From an uncultured virus (IMG/VR IMGVR_UViG_3300017768_000003) (Duplodnaviria; Heunggongvirae; Uroviricota; Caudoviricetes): a DNA stretch of 64,000 nucleotides. Shown piece after piece: positions 38,757 through 49,929 of this stretch. The position numbers and the translations under genes were made by a program. The DNA lies in the IMG/VR virus record IMGVR_UViG_3300017768_000003. The stretch is one strand, 5' to 3'. The notes under the pieces are model-generated. The model was not told the DNA's origin. It did not search any database and worked only from the letters and a program-made list of their open reading frames with translations. Numbering within the stretch: position 1 is the stretch's first letter; each line of letters starts with the position of its first letter.

Positions 38757-41700
38757 TTATACACTTCTCTGCATTGTTTGTCCAGTCGCTCTTAAATCAC
38801 CATCTCTAGAGTTTCGATCAGATATTATTATAGCATTAGGATTAGTGTCAGTAACTTCAACAACTGGCCCTCCATCTACAGTACCAAGTACAGGCATATT
38901 AAAATCCGAACCTACAAGCTTGCAGCCTTCATAGAATAGCTTTCTAAATCCAGCTGGTTTATAATCCTGCACCTCTGCAGCCTCATGACTTCTACTTACG
39001 GGTCTTAAACCTGACCTATACCATCCGTTCGCGGATAATTCAGCTGGAGACCAACCACTCATACTAACAGCAGATGTTGGATTGCCTCCTGTACTTCCAC
39101 TATTTCTCATATTATTTTTTGGAGCGAAGTAATAAAATTTTTCTTTTTTATATATTCTTGATAGTCTTTGATTATGATAATTTTTCATATTACCAAAATC
39201 TGCAAAATTATCTTTTTGTATATGTAATGGTGTTCCTGGCCAAGCTGGATAATAATTATTTGCCACTGCATACTGAGGTGCTAAGGCATGACCCATATAT
39301 CTTGGCACAAGGTTTGTTTTATGGTCGTATCTATGCTTGAAAGCAGCCGTTGGAGATATTGTAGCTTGAGCAGTTTGTACATCCATAAGATGCTGTACAT
39401 TCCAACCATTCTGCTGTAGTGTAGCATATCTTTGGTCACCTCTGTCTGTAAAGAATTCATAATTGTTTTCATATGAAGCACCGCCTTGTTGTATAAACGC
39501 ATCTACATTAAAAAATCCAGAACCGCTTGTATGGTTATTGGTACCTTGACCTGAAGTGTGATTACTCTTCCATTGGTGCATGTATCTCCAAATATATCTA
39601 GAGCCATTATCTAAATCATGTCCACCAGGTGTTATACGAGAATCCATTACAACTACAAGCTCACCTTCAGATTGTTCTGTCGAACCATAATCAGAACCCG
39701 AAGGCCATATTCCTGTATGTGCGTTTAGAGCAACTGTACCTGCTTGGTCTGAACCTGTTGACCATACACCTGTCTTTGGGTCTTTCCATTGGTGACGAGG
39801 ACCTCCTAGCAAAGTTGTCGTTGCAGTTATATCATAAAAACTTGTATCAATTTCGCCTTCATAATGCAACTCGTCTTTTGCAGAATCCAAAGCTTTTACC
39901 TTAGGTCTTTCTAATAAATTAGGTTTAACCAAAAGACCTACCTGAGCATTTGCTCTTGCAGGTAATATATGTTCTATCTGACTAAACAATGTATAATCTA
40001 GGTGTCGCAATATTTTTATATAATCATGAAATGAATAAGGATTTATGTGTTTATACCAATAATGATGTCTTAATATTCTAAGCCTTTTGTACTCATCATC
40101 TCTATAATCTAAAGGATTACCTACGTAATTACTAAATTTTGCACCTGCTATTTCTCTAGCTATATCCAAATCTATTTCAAAGTGAGGTGCGAAATAAACA
40201 CCTAGTCTATTCGAATCAAGTGGTGCAGAATCAAATTGGCTTCTTTCATTTTTTCTTCTGCTATCTAATCTACCTGTAAGTACAGAGCTTTCTATTCTTG
40301 TTTTATCAGTATATTCTCTAGTACCTACCAAGTCTGGCATTGCTGTATAATATCTTTCCTCTTCATGTGGCCAATCTGTTTCAATATCCATTTCAAAACC
40401 ACTGGCTGTCATGTTTGTTGTTAAGTCAGTAGCTGCTCCATAAAATCCAGCGTATGGATTTGAAAGTCTAGGAGCGGATGGTGCAGAACTTGATATTATT
40501 GCTTTTCCAGAATTTGCCTGCACTCCCCAACCTGAAGCATCAGATTGAGAAAATCTATTTAAGTCAGCACCTAAAGAATATCGAGTTGTTAATTGGCCAT
40601 ATGAGCCTGTAGCTCCATAACCTTGTATTTGTAAAGCGTCTCTTGTATGATTATGAAAAGGCTTTAAGTCATTCCAATAATCTAACGCAACTTGGTCTGC
40701 ATAAGGCATGTGCCATGTTCTAACTTCTTGCATAGAACCTGAAAAATTACTATAAGGAGCTTCAACATTTGTAGCCAACCTACCTCCAAATAGTACTCGT
40801 GCACCTTTGTTCCAAGAACCTATAGTACCTTCTGAAATAGCTACATACATTGAGCCTGTATGTGTTATTCTATTGTTTGCATGGTCAGCTGCTTTAGCTA
40901 TCGCAACATGTATATGATTCGAACCGTTGTATGAAGCTGTAGTTCTAGATAACTGTATGTTCCACCAATCATTGTCATAGAAAGGGAAGTAAGTTGACAT
41001 TGTAGCTATACCACTAACACCATTATTTAAGTTAGTTGTTACTCTACCAAAATTATAATATCCTGAAGCTTTATTACTAGCACTTGGATGAGGTTCGATA
41101 CCTACGTGCATTGTATTGGCCCAAGAAATTATAGAATACGAAGCTGGTGTCCAAGTATTAAATCTAACTTCAACTGCATCAGGTACCCTATTAGTTGCAC
41201 CGTCCATTGGCGAGGCTGGTGCTTTTTGCCATTGAGCTTCAACGTGCTGACTTCCTGTAAATTCTAATGAATATGTGAACTTGTCATATTTAACGTATGA
41301 ATCTTCAGATTTTAATTTCTGAGGGCCTCCATATTCAAATACACGTAAAAGTGTAGGGGGTAAACCATAGGTTGCAACTAATGCTTTTATACCTCTTTCG
41401 CTTCCTTTCGTTTTAAGAAGATATGGAAGATTGTTTAGCATCCGCTTCCAAGTCTCTCTCGACATTTCTTCTCTTGTAATAGAGCCAGACATCTGTTGGA
41501 GTGAAGCGTATGTATTTTTTATCGAACCTGATATTGCACCTGAAGGGCCTGGTATAAACGCTGATGACGCACCCAAACCAAAAGATGACGATTCGGCACC
41601 ATAAGCTCCATCAGAATCTAACCCTAAAGCATATTCCCATAAATCTTGAAAATGAAAGCCTTGATACGATTCCCAGCCAAGAGAAGCAAGGACATTGTAT

Positions 41701-43136
41701 ACCAAGTCTTTTGATAGACCTTCGTATAAAGGATTATCTCTTTTATGAATTTGAAGTGATTGAGATAGATATCCCCAAACCTGGTCATAGTGCTGGCCAA
41801 CCATGTTTGTAAACAATAAATAGTTTGAGTTGGCTTCATCTTCTCGTATGTGAAAAGGTATTGTATTTTCTAGATTGTGTTCATTCTTTACAGTATCCCA
41901 ATCTAAAGCGACGTTTGACTGAGAAGCAAACCATGCAGTGGCTTCGGTCGAATCAACTGTAGCATTTATAAATGGTTTTGATGTATTTTCTTTTGGCCAT
42001 GTTTTAGGATAAAACTCTCCTACAGATTCTGAAACATAAGATGACGATTCGTAATATAAGTACTTTTCATATCCATCGAATCCATTTTTTACAGCTTCGA
42101 TTTTATCTTCATACTCTGCTATATTTGTATTACCGAACGTTGTTGGTGTTGGCATAGCGTTTAACACGACTAGAGAAGAAGAGTATTGTTCTAGCAACCT
42201 CATTTTATATTTGAAGTTTTCGAGTCTTTCAACAGCAGAGCTAAAGTGTACAAAGTTTTTATAATGTCTATAATCTACATTGTTTTCTGTTTGTGTCGCA
42301 GATTGAGATATAAACTTATTCATTAAGCTTTGTTTATTATTTTTATTAGAACCTAATATATCATTCCAGCTTTGCCATCCTGATTCACCTACTTTTAATG
42401 GAGTATTTAATTCGAAGTTAGGCTTAAGAGTTCTTGTTCCTTGAGCCTTTTCTTCAATTGGTATCAGCTTTATAGCTTGACCAATTGAATCTATCATTTC
42501 TTTTACAACCCAAAGATTATCTTTAGGTAAAATGTCTTTTGGTAACGCTTCATATAGCTTAAATATTATGCCATCACCTTCTTCACCATCCCATATCCAG
42601 TTAACAACCACTGCTTGCTTGTCAGAACCAAAGTTAAGCAGTAAATCATCTAAACAATGTGCTAATCTAGATTCATTGTTGGTCGATATTCTACTTTCAT
42701 AAGAACCTTTTTTACCACCGCCTCCAGATTTCTTTTTAGCAAATTCTTTTATATCTGATAAAAATGTTGCGTTTGTATCTAGTGATTTTACTCTAACTTC
42801 TTTACGTGATGGAGATATTTCTGATATAAATAATTGCTCTACTCCTTCTTGGCCAAGTATATTTCTAAAGAAATTATATTTTACATTATAATCTCCTTTT
42901 GTATATCCAAACGATCGAATACCGCCGTGTAAATCTAAAGATACATGAGGGGTTGAGACATTGTCATAATATTGTAATTGGTATCTATCTTGATATTCAG
43001 AATCAAGTAGCGTTTCACCACCATAAACGTGCATTTCTACAACGTCGGTAGCATGCTGGCCGAAATTTGTATATATCTTTTTTCCAAGTATATTCTTGGA
43101 ATCCTGTGGTTTATATCTTGTTATTCTTTGTGCCAT
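38757..43136 (-). CDS. Large baseplate wedge-like protein
   Basis: 1459 aa; PYLLKTKGSERGIKAL wedge-type motif; LamG-like central region. Confidence 0.65.
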   Translation of the reverse strand: MAQRITRYKPQDSKNILGKKIYTNFGQHATDVVEMHVYGGETLLDSEYQDRYQLQYYDNVSTPHVSLDLHGGIRSFGYTKGDYNVKYNFFRNILGQEGVEQLFISEISPSRKEVRVKSLDTNATFLSDIKEFAKKKSGGGGKKGSYESRISTNNESRLAHCLDDLLLNFGSDKQAVVVNWIWDGEEGDGIIFKLYEALPKDILPKDNLWVVKEMIDSIGQAIKLIPIEEKAQGTRTLKPNFELNTPLKVGESGWQSWNDILGSNKNNKQSLMNKFISQSATQTENNVDYRHYKNFVHFSSAVERLENFKYKMRLLEQYSSSLVVLNAMPTPTTFGNTNIAEYEDKIEAVKNGFDGYEKYLYYESSSYVSESVGEFYPKTWPKENTSKPFINATVDSTEATAWFASQSNVALDWDTVKNEHNLENTIPFHIREDEANSNYLLFTNMVGQHYDQVWGYLSQSLQIHKRDNPLYEGLSKDLVYNVLASLGWESYQGFHFQDLWEYALGLDSDGAYGAESSSFGLGASSAFIPGPSGAISGSIKNTYASLQQMSGSITREEMSRETWKRMLNNLPYLLKTKGSERGIKALVATYGLPPTLLRVFEYGGPQKLKSEDSYVKYDKFTYSLEFTGSQHVEAQWQKAPASPMDGATNRVPDAVEVRFNTWTPASYSIISWANTMHVGIEPHPSASNKASGYYNFGRVTTNLNNGVSGIATMSTYFPFYDNDWWNIQLSRTTASYNGSNHIHVAIAKAADHANNRITHTGSMYVAISEGTIGSWNKGARVLFGGRLATNVEAPYSNFSGSMQEVRTWHMPYADQVALDYWNDLKPFHNHTRDALQIQGYGATGSYGQLTTRYSLGADLNRFSQSDASGWGVQANSGKAIISSSAPSAPRLSNPYAGFYGAATDLTTNMTASGFEMDIETDWPHEEERYYTAMPDLVGTREYTDKTRIESSVLTGRLDSRRKNERSQFDSAPLDSNRLGVYFAPHFEIDLDIAREIAGAKFSNYVGNPLDYRDDEYKRLRILRHHYWYKHINPYSFHDYIKILRHLDYTLFSQIEHILPARANAQVGLLVKPNLLERPKVKALDSAKDELHYEGEIDTSFYDITATTTLLGGPRHQWKDPKTGVWSTGSDQAGTVALNAHTGIWPSGSDYGSTEQSEGELVVVMDSRITPGGHDLDNGSRYIWRYMHQWKSNHTSGQGTNNHTSGSGFFNVDAFIQQGGASYENNYEFFTDRGDQRYATLQQNGWNVQHLMDVQTAQATISPTAAFKHRYDHKTNLVPRYMGHALAPQYAVANNYYPAWPGTPLHIQKDNFADFGNMKNYHNQRLSRIYKKEKFYYFAPKNNMRNSGSTGGNPTSAVSMSGWSPAELSANGWYRSGLRPVSRSHEAAEVQDYKPAGFRKLFYEGCKLVGSDFNMPVLGTVDGGPVVEVTDTNPNAIIISDRNSRDGDLRATGQTMQRSV

Positions 43137-43139
43137 ATT

Positions 43140-44234
43140 CTATCCGGGTGTAGGAAAGTCCCATTCATAGGACCTATTGTCTTTATCAAAATACCATTTA
43201 TTGTTAGATGCTCTGTAATATACTCTTACAAATTCATCGTTCTCATAGTCATAAGAGAATTTGTTCGCGAAAGGCGTATATCGTTCATCATGCTCATTGT
43301 CTGCCCTTTCGACCCAAGTATATTGACCTGTAAGTATTTCCTGGTCACCTACAGTCATTTTAACTTCTCGTATCTCACCAGGTCTTCTTACATATAATTC
43401 AAATGCTTTAGAAAATACTCGACCATTTATATTGCTAGCTTCTAATGTATATGTACCTATAGAATCTCTTTGTATGTTGCTTATTTTAAGCTCTCTTGTA
43501 TTACTTACAATTTTTTCTATAACATTGACATCGTAGTTTTCAGTACCTGAACTAAATCTCCAAGTATATTTTATATTTTCTCTGTTAGGTTCAGTTTCGC
43601 CAAATGGTATAAAGTTATAAGCGTTTGCAACAACAAGAAGCTCGTGATTAGCCATAATTGCGTATTGACCTTCTTTACCTTTTAGTCTAGGTATAATTGG
43701 AGGTTCATTCATAAGCATGTTTGTATTCTGTCGACTTCCACCTACTATTTGTCCAGAAATATTTCTTATTTCTAAGAAGTCAATTGTAGGTAAGTCATCA
43801 GATGTAGTAGGCACAGTAGATTCTAACTCTGTTATTTTCATGTCATCACCTAAGACTTTTTCTGCTGATGCTCGCTGTATACATCCTCGGCCTGAAGCTA
43901 TAGTAAACATTTTCCAATCAACTTCAAATGCCTCGTGAGATATAAGAACACCTCCTTCTGACATTTGCTCCTCATTCAAATCTGCATCAAGAGGAAAGTC
44001 TGTCATGTGAACACCATTTGGTTTGAATGTGTCTTCGCTTCCAAATTGAACTTCTATGTTTTGATATAAATCTCTTATTGAAGGCTCTGTAACTTCCTGT
44101 ACAACTTCTTTGGACGCACCGTCACCGACTCGTGTTGTTTTAACATGATAGTCTTTACCTACAAATGATTTATCTCGTCTTACACGTCTGCTTTTAGCAC
44201 CACCTGCTCTTGACATGTTTTTGTTATATGCCAT
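43140..44234 (-). CDS. Virion protein with Ig-like domain
   Basis: YTW...LKISNIQRDSIGTYTLEASN Ig-fold pattern. Confidence 0.6.
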   Translation of the reverse strand: MAYNKNMSRAGGAKSRRVRRDKSFVGKDYHVKTTRVGDGASKEVVQEVTEPSIRDLYQNIEVQFGSEDTFKPNGVHMTDFPLDADLNEEQMSEGGVLISHEAFEVDWKMFTIASGRGCIQRASAEKVLGDDMKITELESTVPTTSDDLPTIDFLEIRNISGQIVGGSRQNTNMLMNEPPIIPRLKGKEGQYAIMANHELLVVANAYNFIPFGETEPNRENIKYTWRFSSGTENYDVNVIEKIVSNTRELKISNIQRDSIGTYTLEASNINGRVFSKAFELYVRRPGEIREVKMTVGDQEILTGQYTWVERADNEHDERYTPFANKFSYDYENDEFVRVYYRASNNKWYFDKDNRSYEWDFPTPG

Positions 44235-44237
44235 TTA

Positions 44238-45479
44238 TTATCTCACCACCTTAAATGTATCTTTAATATCATAATATGAATAATCTGTTGATGCTGTTGT
44301 AGGTCTATGTCTTAACTGTATTCTATAATCTCTTTCTTCTATTAAGCTGTCTGAATATATTTCAAAGAAATTACCTTTTGTTGAGTGACAAGAAAGAGCT
44401 GTGTATGTATTATCAAAATGTATAACTCTTTCACTTGTCTTGCAATCTATAATAGAATAACACATTGTGTTTTGCAGTGTATATTTTACAGCTAACGCTG
44501 CTGATGTATTTCCATAGGTCTTTACAGGATATTTTAATCTTCCTTGAGTCCAAAATTTTATTTTGCCTCCTCGTTTATAAGAACCTCTGTTGTTTTTGAG
44601 ATAGAAAAATACATTACCAGTATCTGACATATCTAAAGTACTTAAACTACCAACGGCCCATGACTGATCGCTCCAACATATCTCTAATTTTGGAGGATAT
44701 ATTGTATGTGTATTTCTAGAAAAATATTGAATCATTCCATATTTGTATTTATCATGTTCAAAACTAGTTTGGTTAGCAGCAGAGCTACCATAACCAAAAG
44801 AGCCTGAAAGCTTTATTAGAAAACCGTTGTTTGTTATTGGGTTTCCACTAGAACCAATAGCTTCTGATTGACTCCAGTCGGAAAGTATATCTTTTACATT
44901 AACTCTCATATCTAAACTTTCGTTTGGATTTGTATTGTAGTTATATTCATGTACAGCAACAGAAGAAGTCCACCAAGTACCACCACCTTGATTTGTTACA
45001 CCATTTGACATTGTTTCTCCTGCAACTAATTGTGCGTTTATTATCGGCCAAGCGTGTCCAGTTGTGTCCTCACCTTTGTAGTTTACCCAACTAATACCAT
45101 CTGTTGTTTTAGGTCTGTTACCTGCACGGCCAACTCCTACATCCCAATTTTTTGAAACAGGGTGTATACTTAAACTATGGCTTCTTGGTATTGCTGCTCC
45201 TTCAGTTGCAAATAAGTTTAGATATGCAGAGTCTCTATCCGAACCGTCTGAACTCTGTGTTTCCCAAACACTAGCAGTTCCTATAATTGACCAATCAATT
45301 GGAAAATATAATAACATTCTAGAATTATACGTATTGACTGTTTGTGATGAAGATATTGTCTTACCTCTTTCAAGTATTTCATCTCCACCGGTATTCATCC
45401 ACTTTGTACTTAATCCAGTAGAAGCACCTGAGCCTTCATATATTGTCGCATCTCTTGAAGCTGTTATTGTGTATATCAT
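44238..45479 (-). CDS. Virion structural protein
   Basis: DATIY...N.G.DEIL; NNGFLIK...FSRNTHTIYPPKLEI; in baseplate cluster. Confidence 0.65.
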   Translation of the reverse strand: MIYTITASRDATIYEGSGASTGLSTKWMNTGGDEILERGKTISSSQTVNTYNSRMLLYFPIDWSIIGTASVWETQSSDGSDRDSAYLNLFATEGAAIPRSHSLSIHPVSKNWDVGVGRAGNRPKTTDGISWVNYKGEDTTGHAWPIINAQLVAGETMSNGVTNQGGGTWWTSSVAVHEYNYNTNPNESLDMRVNVKDILSDWSQSEAIGSSGNPITNNGFLIKLSGSFGYGSSAANQTSFEHDKYKYGMIQYFSRNTHTIYPPKLEICWSDQSWAVGSLSTLDMSDTGNVFFYLKNNRGSYKRGGKIKFWTQGRLKYPVKTYGNTSAALAVKYTLQNTMCYSIIDCKTSERVIHFDNTYTALSCHSTKGNFFEIYSDSLIEERDYRIQLRHRPTTASTDYSYYDIKDTFKVVR

Positions 45480-45480
45480 T

Positions 45481-47403
45481 TTAGTATCCCACTATTCTAC
45501 CTTTGATGTCATTGTCAGGATATGCAACTTCAAATATAGAAGGGTCCATAGAAGGATATATTATTGCATCTCTTGTAGCACCTTTTATATCATATATATT
45601 TCCGCTATATCCATTATCAATGTCATAAAGATTGTAAATTCTTAAATTCTTTACTGTTTGTACACCTTCGATCTTATCTAATTCGGTAGCTATTTTAGGT
45701 AGCATTATTGGCTCGTTTATAGACCAGTTATCAGGGTCAAAAATACATTTAAGCTTGTCTATACAATGTAAAAGTACCTCTTTATTTTGATAGCCTGGTC
45801 TTGGAAGTATAGAAAAATCTACACCTATATTGATAACGTGAGCCGTTTTTATATTTATAGCATCTGTCAACATTCTATATTGTGACAAGTAAGTTTGAAG
45901 GTTCGCCTTTGCCAAATCCGTCATTGGTACGCATCTTTTATCTTTATCATATGCTAATGCATATAGATTTATAGCTAAAGGATTTTTAATTTCATGTGTA
46001 CCTACAGTCTGCATCCAGTACTGCTCGTCTTTATCTAAATATGCCTTTGAAACAGAGCCATATTTTGGTGGCATTGCATATACTCTCGCAATATAATCTT
46101 CTCTTGTAACTGCTCTGTTTTGAGATGAATAATGTGCAAGTGCATTTTGTCTTATATCGTCTGTTGTTTCTTCTGAACGTCCTCCAACTGCAGGTTGTAG
46201 ATTTATACATGCTAATGAGTTTTTAACAACGGTAACTTTTCCTGCATCTAATTCATCTGTGTCTAACCAATAATAATCCCCGTCTTTAACTATTTCATTT
46301 ATTTTTCTAGCTGAAACATTAGATGCCAAACCTCCACCTTCTAAATATCTTACTGTTAATGTGCAATCCATAGGGGCCTGGCCATAAGCTCTTGTAAACA
46401 TTGTATTTGTAGGGTCAAAAGCTATATCAACGTAAGTAGTACCATTCATATAATTTGCAGAAGTATTACCATAAGGTAATGCCATACCTATATTTTCAGG
46501 GTTAGGAACTATAACCTCATCGGGCTGTGTAGATATACCTGCTCCGAACCATATTTGTGTATAGTTATCGGCTTTAACGTGAGTAGTAAATCTCCTTGAT
46601 GTTCTTCTAAGCTTTAATATATATGGAGCATCATAATTATATACAGACATTTCAGGGTCTGCGGCCCAGTTGTTAACTACGTCTTCAAATATATTATCTT
46701 GAGCAAGATATGGTACTTCATACCATTTGTTACCTGCATCGTCTTTTATATCTAACACACCTATTACTTTTGTTGAGTCAAGCTGAATTTTATCAAATTT
46801 TCTTGGGTCGTCAAATACAAATTCCTCAGATTTAACTTCACCTGCTATTGCTGATACTTCTTTTTTCAATAAAAAATATTCAGGGTCGCCAGAACCGTCA
46901 ACTTTATATACTGTAACTTCTCTACGACTCTGAGGTGTGTCTTGTTTGAAGTCGACAGAATCTTGAGTCATGAAAACTTCATTTGTTTTTGTCTTCACTT
47001 CTATTCCAGACATTATTTCCATTGCATATCTAAAATCAGGCTGCATTGTTGCTGAGTCTACTGGAACTACTTGGTACATTGACATGTTTACGATAGCAGG
47101 TACAACTGGCTTAGTTGTATACCCTAACGCTCTTGCAATATCTATAATATTAGTTCGCTCTTCTGCGTGAACCAATAAACTTTCTTTAAGCTGTGAGTCT
47201 ACATAATAAGATAAAACGTCTCCTACATAAGCTGACATTTCTATAAACATCATACCTGGTGATGATTCATTAAAGTCATTGTATATATCAGGGAAGTAAT
47301 TCTTCGCATAGTTTACTAAATCATTTCTGAAATTAGAAAAATCTTTATTTAGATATTTTATATCCCTTGTTTGTTTTTTATCCAAATTGCATTGATTAGC
47401 CAT
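45481..47403 (-). CDS. gp6: Baseplate wedge subunit (T4 gp6-like)
   Basis: DF...R..L, AYVGDVLSYY.D, A..LGY, GG..EE, QNRAVTREDY. Confidence 0.9.
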   Translation of the reverse strand: MANQCNLDKKQTRDIKYLNKDFSNFRNDLVNYAKNYFPDIYNDFNESSPGMMFIEMSAYVGDVLSYYVDSQLKESLLVHAEERTNIIDIARALGYTTKPVVPAIVNMSMYQVVPVDSATMQPDFRYAMEIMSGIEVKTKTNEVFMTQDSVDFKQDTPQSRREVTVYKVDGSGDPEYFLLKKEVSAIAGEVKSEEFVFDDPRKFDKIQLDSTKVIGVLDIKDDAGNKWYEVPYLAQDNIFEDVVNNWAADPEMSVYNYDAPYILKLRRTSRRFTTHVKADNYTQIWFGAGISTQPDEVIVPNPENIGMALPYGNTSANYMNGTTYVDIAFDPTNTMFTRAYGQAPMDCTLTVRYLEGGGLASNVSARKINEIVKDGDYYWLDTDELDAGKVTVVKNSLACINLQPAVGGRSEETTDDIRQNALAHYSSQNRAVTREDYIARVYAMPPKYGSVSKAYLDKDEQYWMQTVGTHEIKNPLAINLYALAYDKDKRCVPMTDLAKANLQTYLSQYRMLTDAINIKTAHVINIGVDFSILPRPGYQNKEVLLHCIDKLKCIFDPDNWSINEPIMLPKIATELDKIEGVQTVKNLRIYNLYDIDNGYSGNIYDIKGATRDAIIYPSMDPSIFEVAYPDNDIKGRIVGY

Positions 47404-47939
47404 TATAAAGTCCCCACATTCGCTATCGTAATCGTTTCCTTATTCATGCTGTCGTTATATAAGGCAAACGTGATAGATATATTTATTCTATTTTCAAATC
47501 CAGGTGTTTTTTCAATACCAACATTTAATATGTTTATATATGAAAGCCATATAGATACTTGCTTTAATATTCTATCTCGCAAGTCGTTTATTAGCTTAGG
47601 TGTTATATTTTCGAAAAGAGAAGCCCATACATCACAACCAAATTCTGGATGCATTACTCTCTCGCCTCTGTTTGTTAACACTAGATTTCTTAAATTTGTT
47701 TTAGCTTGTTCTTTTGTTGTATATGAAAGTGTAAAATCTCCTTGTGTTGAAGATTTAGTAGAACCATGAAAGCCATCAGTATTAGATAAGTTCAAGTCAG
47801 CCGAACCAGTCTCAGTTCCGTATGTAACCTCAAATTTTGTTACAGCGCTCGAATCATTTGTAAGAGGTAGAGTTAAACCAATTGCTCTATCTTTTTCAAA
47901 ATCTATAGGGTTATATCTAAACTCTTCTCTTTTTCTCAT
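47403..47939 (-). CDS. gp25: Baseplate wedge gp25-like protein
   Basis: NL.NL.LTNRGERVMHPEFGC motif. Confidence 0.88.
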   Translation of the reverse strand: MRKREEFRYNPIDFEKDRAIGLTLPLTNDSSAVTKFEVTYGTETGSADLNLSNTDGFHGSTKSSTQGDFTLSYTTKEQAKTNLRNLVLTNRGERVMHPEFGCDVWASLFENITPKLINDLRDRILKQVSIWLSYINILNVGIEKTPGFENRINISITFALYNDSMNKETITIANVGTL

Positions 47940-48325
47940 TATTTCTTAAATCTTTTTACCAATTCTGAGTAGTCTCTATTTAATGCTTTATTTAACGATG
48001 GGTCTAATTTCGATGCGTCTACAGGCCTGTTGTTTACATCAGTCATTGGTGCAGCACCACCTTGCATTCCTGCAAACCTACTTCGTATTGAACCTGCATC
48101 CATTGTTGGCCAGTCTTCAAATTCTCCATTAGAAGAGTCAGCTTGCATTTCGTTTAATATATTATTTATTGACTTATTTTTTGTATAAGTCTTTTCAGAT
48201 ATAGGTTTACGTTTCTTACTACTCTCCATTGAAGTTAACACTTCGTTGATTTCGTTTGTTACAGCAGTTTTTACTTCACGTTTTACAACCTCTCTGATAA
48301 TTTTTACCAAATCTTTTTTTGTCAT
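47939..48325 (-). CDS. Hypothetical (putative internal head) protein
   Basis: Likely start MTKKDLVKIIREVV at 48325 with AGGAG SD and late motif at 48352-48359. Confidence 0.65.
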   Translation of the reverse strand: MTKKDLVKIIREVVKREVKTAVTNEINEVLTSMESSKKRKPISEKTYTKNKSINNILNEMQADSSNGEFEDWPTMDAGSIRSRFAGMQGGAAPMTDVNNRPVDASKLDPSLNKALNRDYSELVKRFKK

Positions 48326-48373
48326 TTTTATGCTCCTATACTTTATATTATATAAATATAACAATAGTGAGAA

Positions 48374-48898
48374 TTAAAGCCATGTCATGGGCGTGGGTCC
48401 TGAAGTATATATTATTATTGCTTTCGTGTACCAATCATTTAACATCACCCCGCAAGCATTCATCCAGGGAAGGTTTGTTGTTGCATTATTACCGTACCCT
48501 TCTATACTTTCAAACGGAGGCTGACCTGGAGGAGGTGTCGCTGTACCTGTAGGTAAGAATCCTGGAAGTATTGCTGCAGCTTGAGCAACAAAACTATTTT
48601 TTAACGTCGAATATTTAGGCTCCGATGATTTTGCTCCAAGTAATACAGCGTATTGAGCAGCCCAGCCAGCTTTCAACATTGTGTTAGGAGGTATTAAGCC
48701 AGCACACCCAGCTTCTGTTGCGTCTGCCCAACATTTTGCCCATACTAAAGGAGGACCTGGTGGTGGAGGTTTCTGTAATTGTCCTGGTACAGGAATTGGC
48801 TTCATAGTATCACCTTCTGCACCTTCTGACCAAGTAGAAGAATTAGCATCAAGCTTTTCTTGAAGTTTCATTACGAATGGCTGTACTAAAAAAGGCAT
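48374..48898 (-). CDS. Hypothetical baseplate-region protein (Pro-rich)
   Basis: 174 aa, downstream of the spike-like gene. Confidence 0.6.
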   Translation of the reverse strand: MPFLVQPFVMKLQEKLDANSSTWSEGAEGDTMKPIPVPGQLQKPPPPGPPLVWAKCWADATEAGCAGLIPPNTMLKAGWAAQYAVLLGAKSSEPKYSTLKNSFVAQAAAILPGFLPTGTATPPPGQPPFESIEGYGNNATTNLPWMNACGVMLNDWYTKAIIIYTSGPTPMTWL

Positions 48899-48900
48899 GG

Positions 48901-49929
48901 TTATTGCTGCATTGCCATTAGTTGAGTTTTTAACATTCCATATATCGCTGCGTTTATAGGAGGACCTGATGGCCCTGCTGGTGTTGGGTGTATCTCCATT
49001 GTCAGCTGATTAAGTGTCTCTAATAATATGTCGGCAAGAGCCGTAACATCCAATTTCCATTTTTTAGTAGAAAGACTTATATTATTTTTTGCAGCTATAA
49101 ATACACTATCATTCTTAGCATTAAATATAAGACAGTCAGAGCTTATTATTATCTGAGGTTTATCCATAAACATATTCAACGGTGGCAAGTGAGGTAGTAC
49201 AGGTCCTGTTGGAACAGTAACTGTTGCGGGTGCTTCTGTATTTGCTAACGATATATCTATTTTCTGAGTACTTGTCATCATAATACTTGACATATCTGCA
49301 TTTATATCTTCTATCTTTTCATCAGCTGCAAATCCGTTTGTTATAATTGTCATTGGGTCACCGCTTGCGCCTCCGCCTATAGACCAAGTGTCTTTTGTTT
49401 TCTGTCCAATTTGTGTTGAACCAAATCTTACACCACAATCAAATCTACCTTGAAGTATTAAGTCTCCTTCAAATGGATGTATATGATTTGTTTGCTTTTC
49501 TTCAAATGTATCACCTGGTACATCATTAACACCTTTGTTAGAATGATAACTTGCATTTGGCATAGTGTTTTCATTTTTCTCACCATATAAAGCTATTGTA
49601 TCAAGCCAATAAAATGTAGAGTTTAATGGATTTGTTTGAGCTCCTAAACTAGAAGCTTTAATACATACAACTATTTCACCTAATAAAGGTAAACACATAT
49701 AATTTCTTGAAAGAGGTCTAACCCATATTGCTCCATTATCAGGACCTGAGCTAAACTTGTGGCCGCCTCCCAAAGGTTTTACTCTCATAGAACCTACAGA
49801 CACATCAGTAGTATATGAAGGGCTATCTGCATTTGTTATAATTTCTACAACTTCACCACACATGATGTGGTTAGTCTGTTGCAGCTGATGAGAATCACCA
49901 AGCTTTGTTTTCTGTACTCTGTTTCTCAT
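48901..49929 (-). CDS. Baseplate hub/spike (gp5-like) protein
   Basis: PLLGEIV OB-fold-type motif, EGD...QGRF...RFGST, C-terminal HPTPAGPSGPP. Confidence 0.6.
   Translation of the reverse strand: MRNRVQKTKLGDSHQLQQTNHIMCGEVVEIITNADSPSYTTDVSVGSMRVKPLGGGHKFSSGPDNGAIWVRPLSRNYMCLPLLGEIVVCIKASSLGAQTNPLNSTFYWLDTIALYGEKNENTMPNASYHSNKGVNDVPGDTFEEKQTNHIHPFEGDLILQGRFDCGVRFGSTQIGQKTKDTWSIGGGASGDPMTIITNGFAADEKIEDINADMSSIMMTSTQKIDISLANTEAPATVTVPTGPVLPHLPPLNMFMDKPQIIISSDCLIFNAKNDSVFIAAKNNISLSTKKWKLDVTALADILLETLNQLTMEIHPTPAGPSGPPINAAIYGMLKTQLMAMQQ

Noticed and set aside
39281..41839. Minus-strand alternative-frame ORFs 39281-39502 and 41624-41839
   Set aside because: Nested inside the 1459 aa gene, with no SD or recognisable motif
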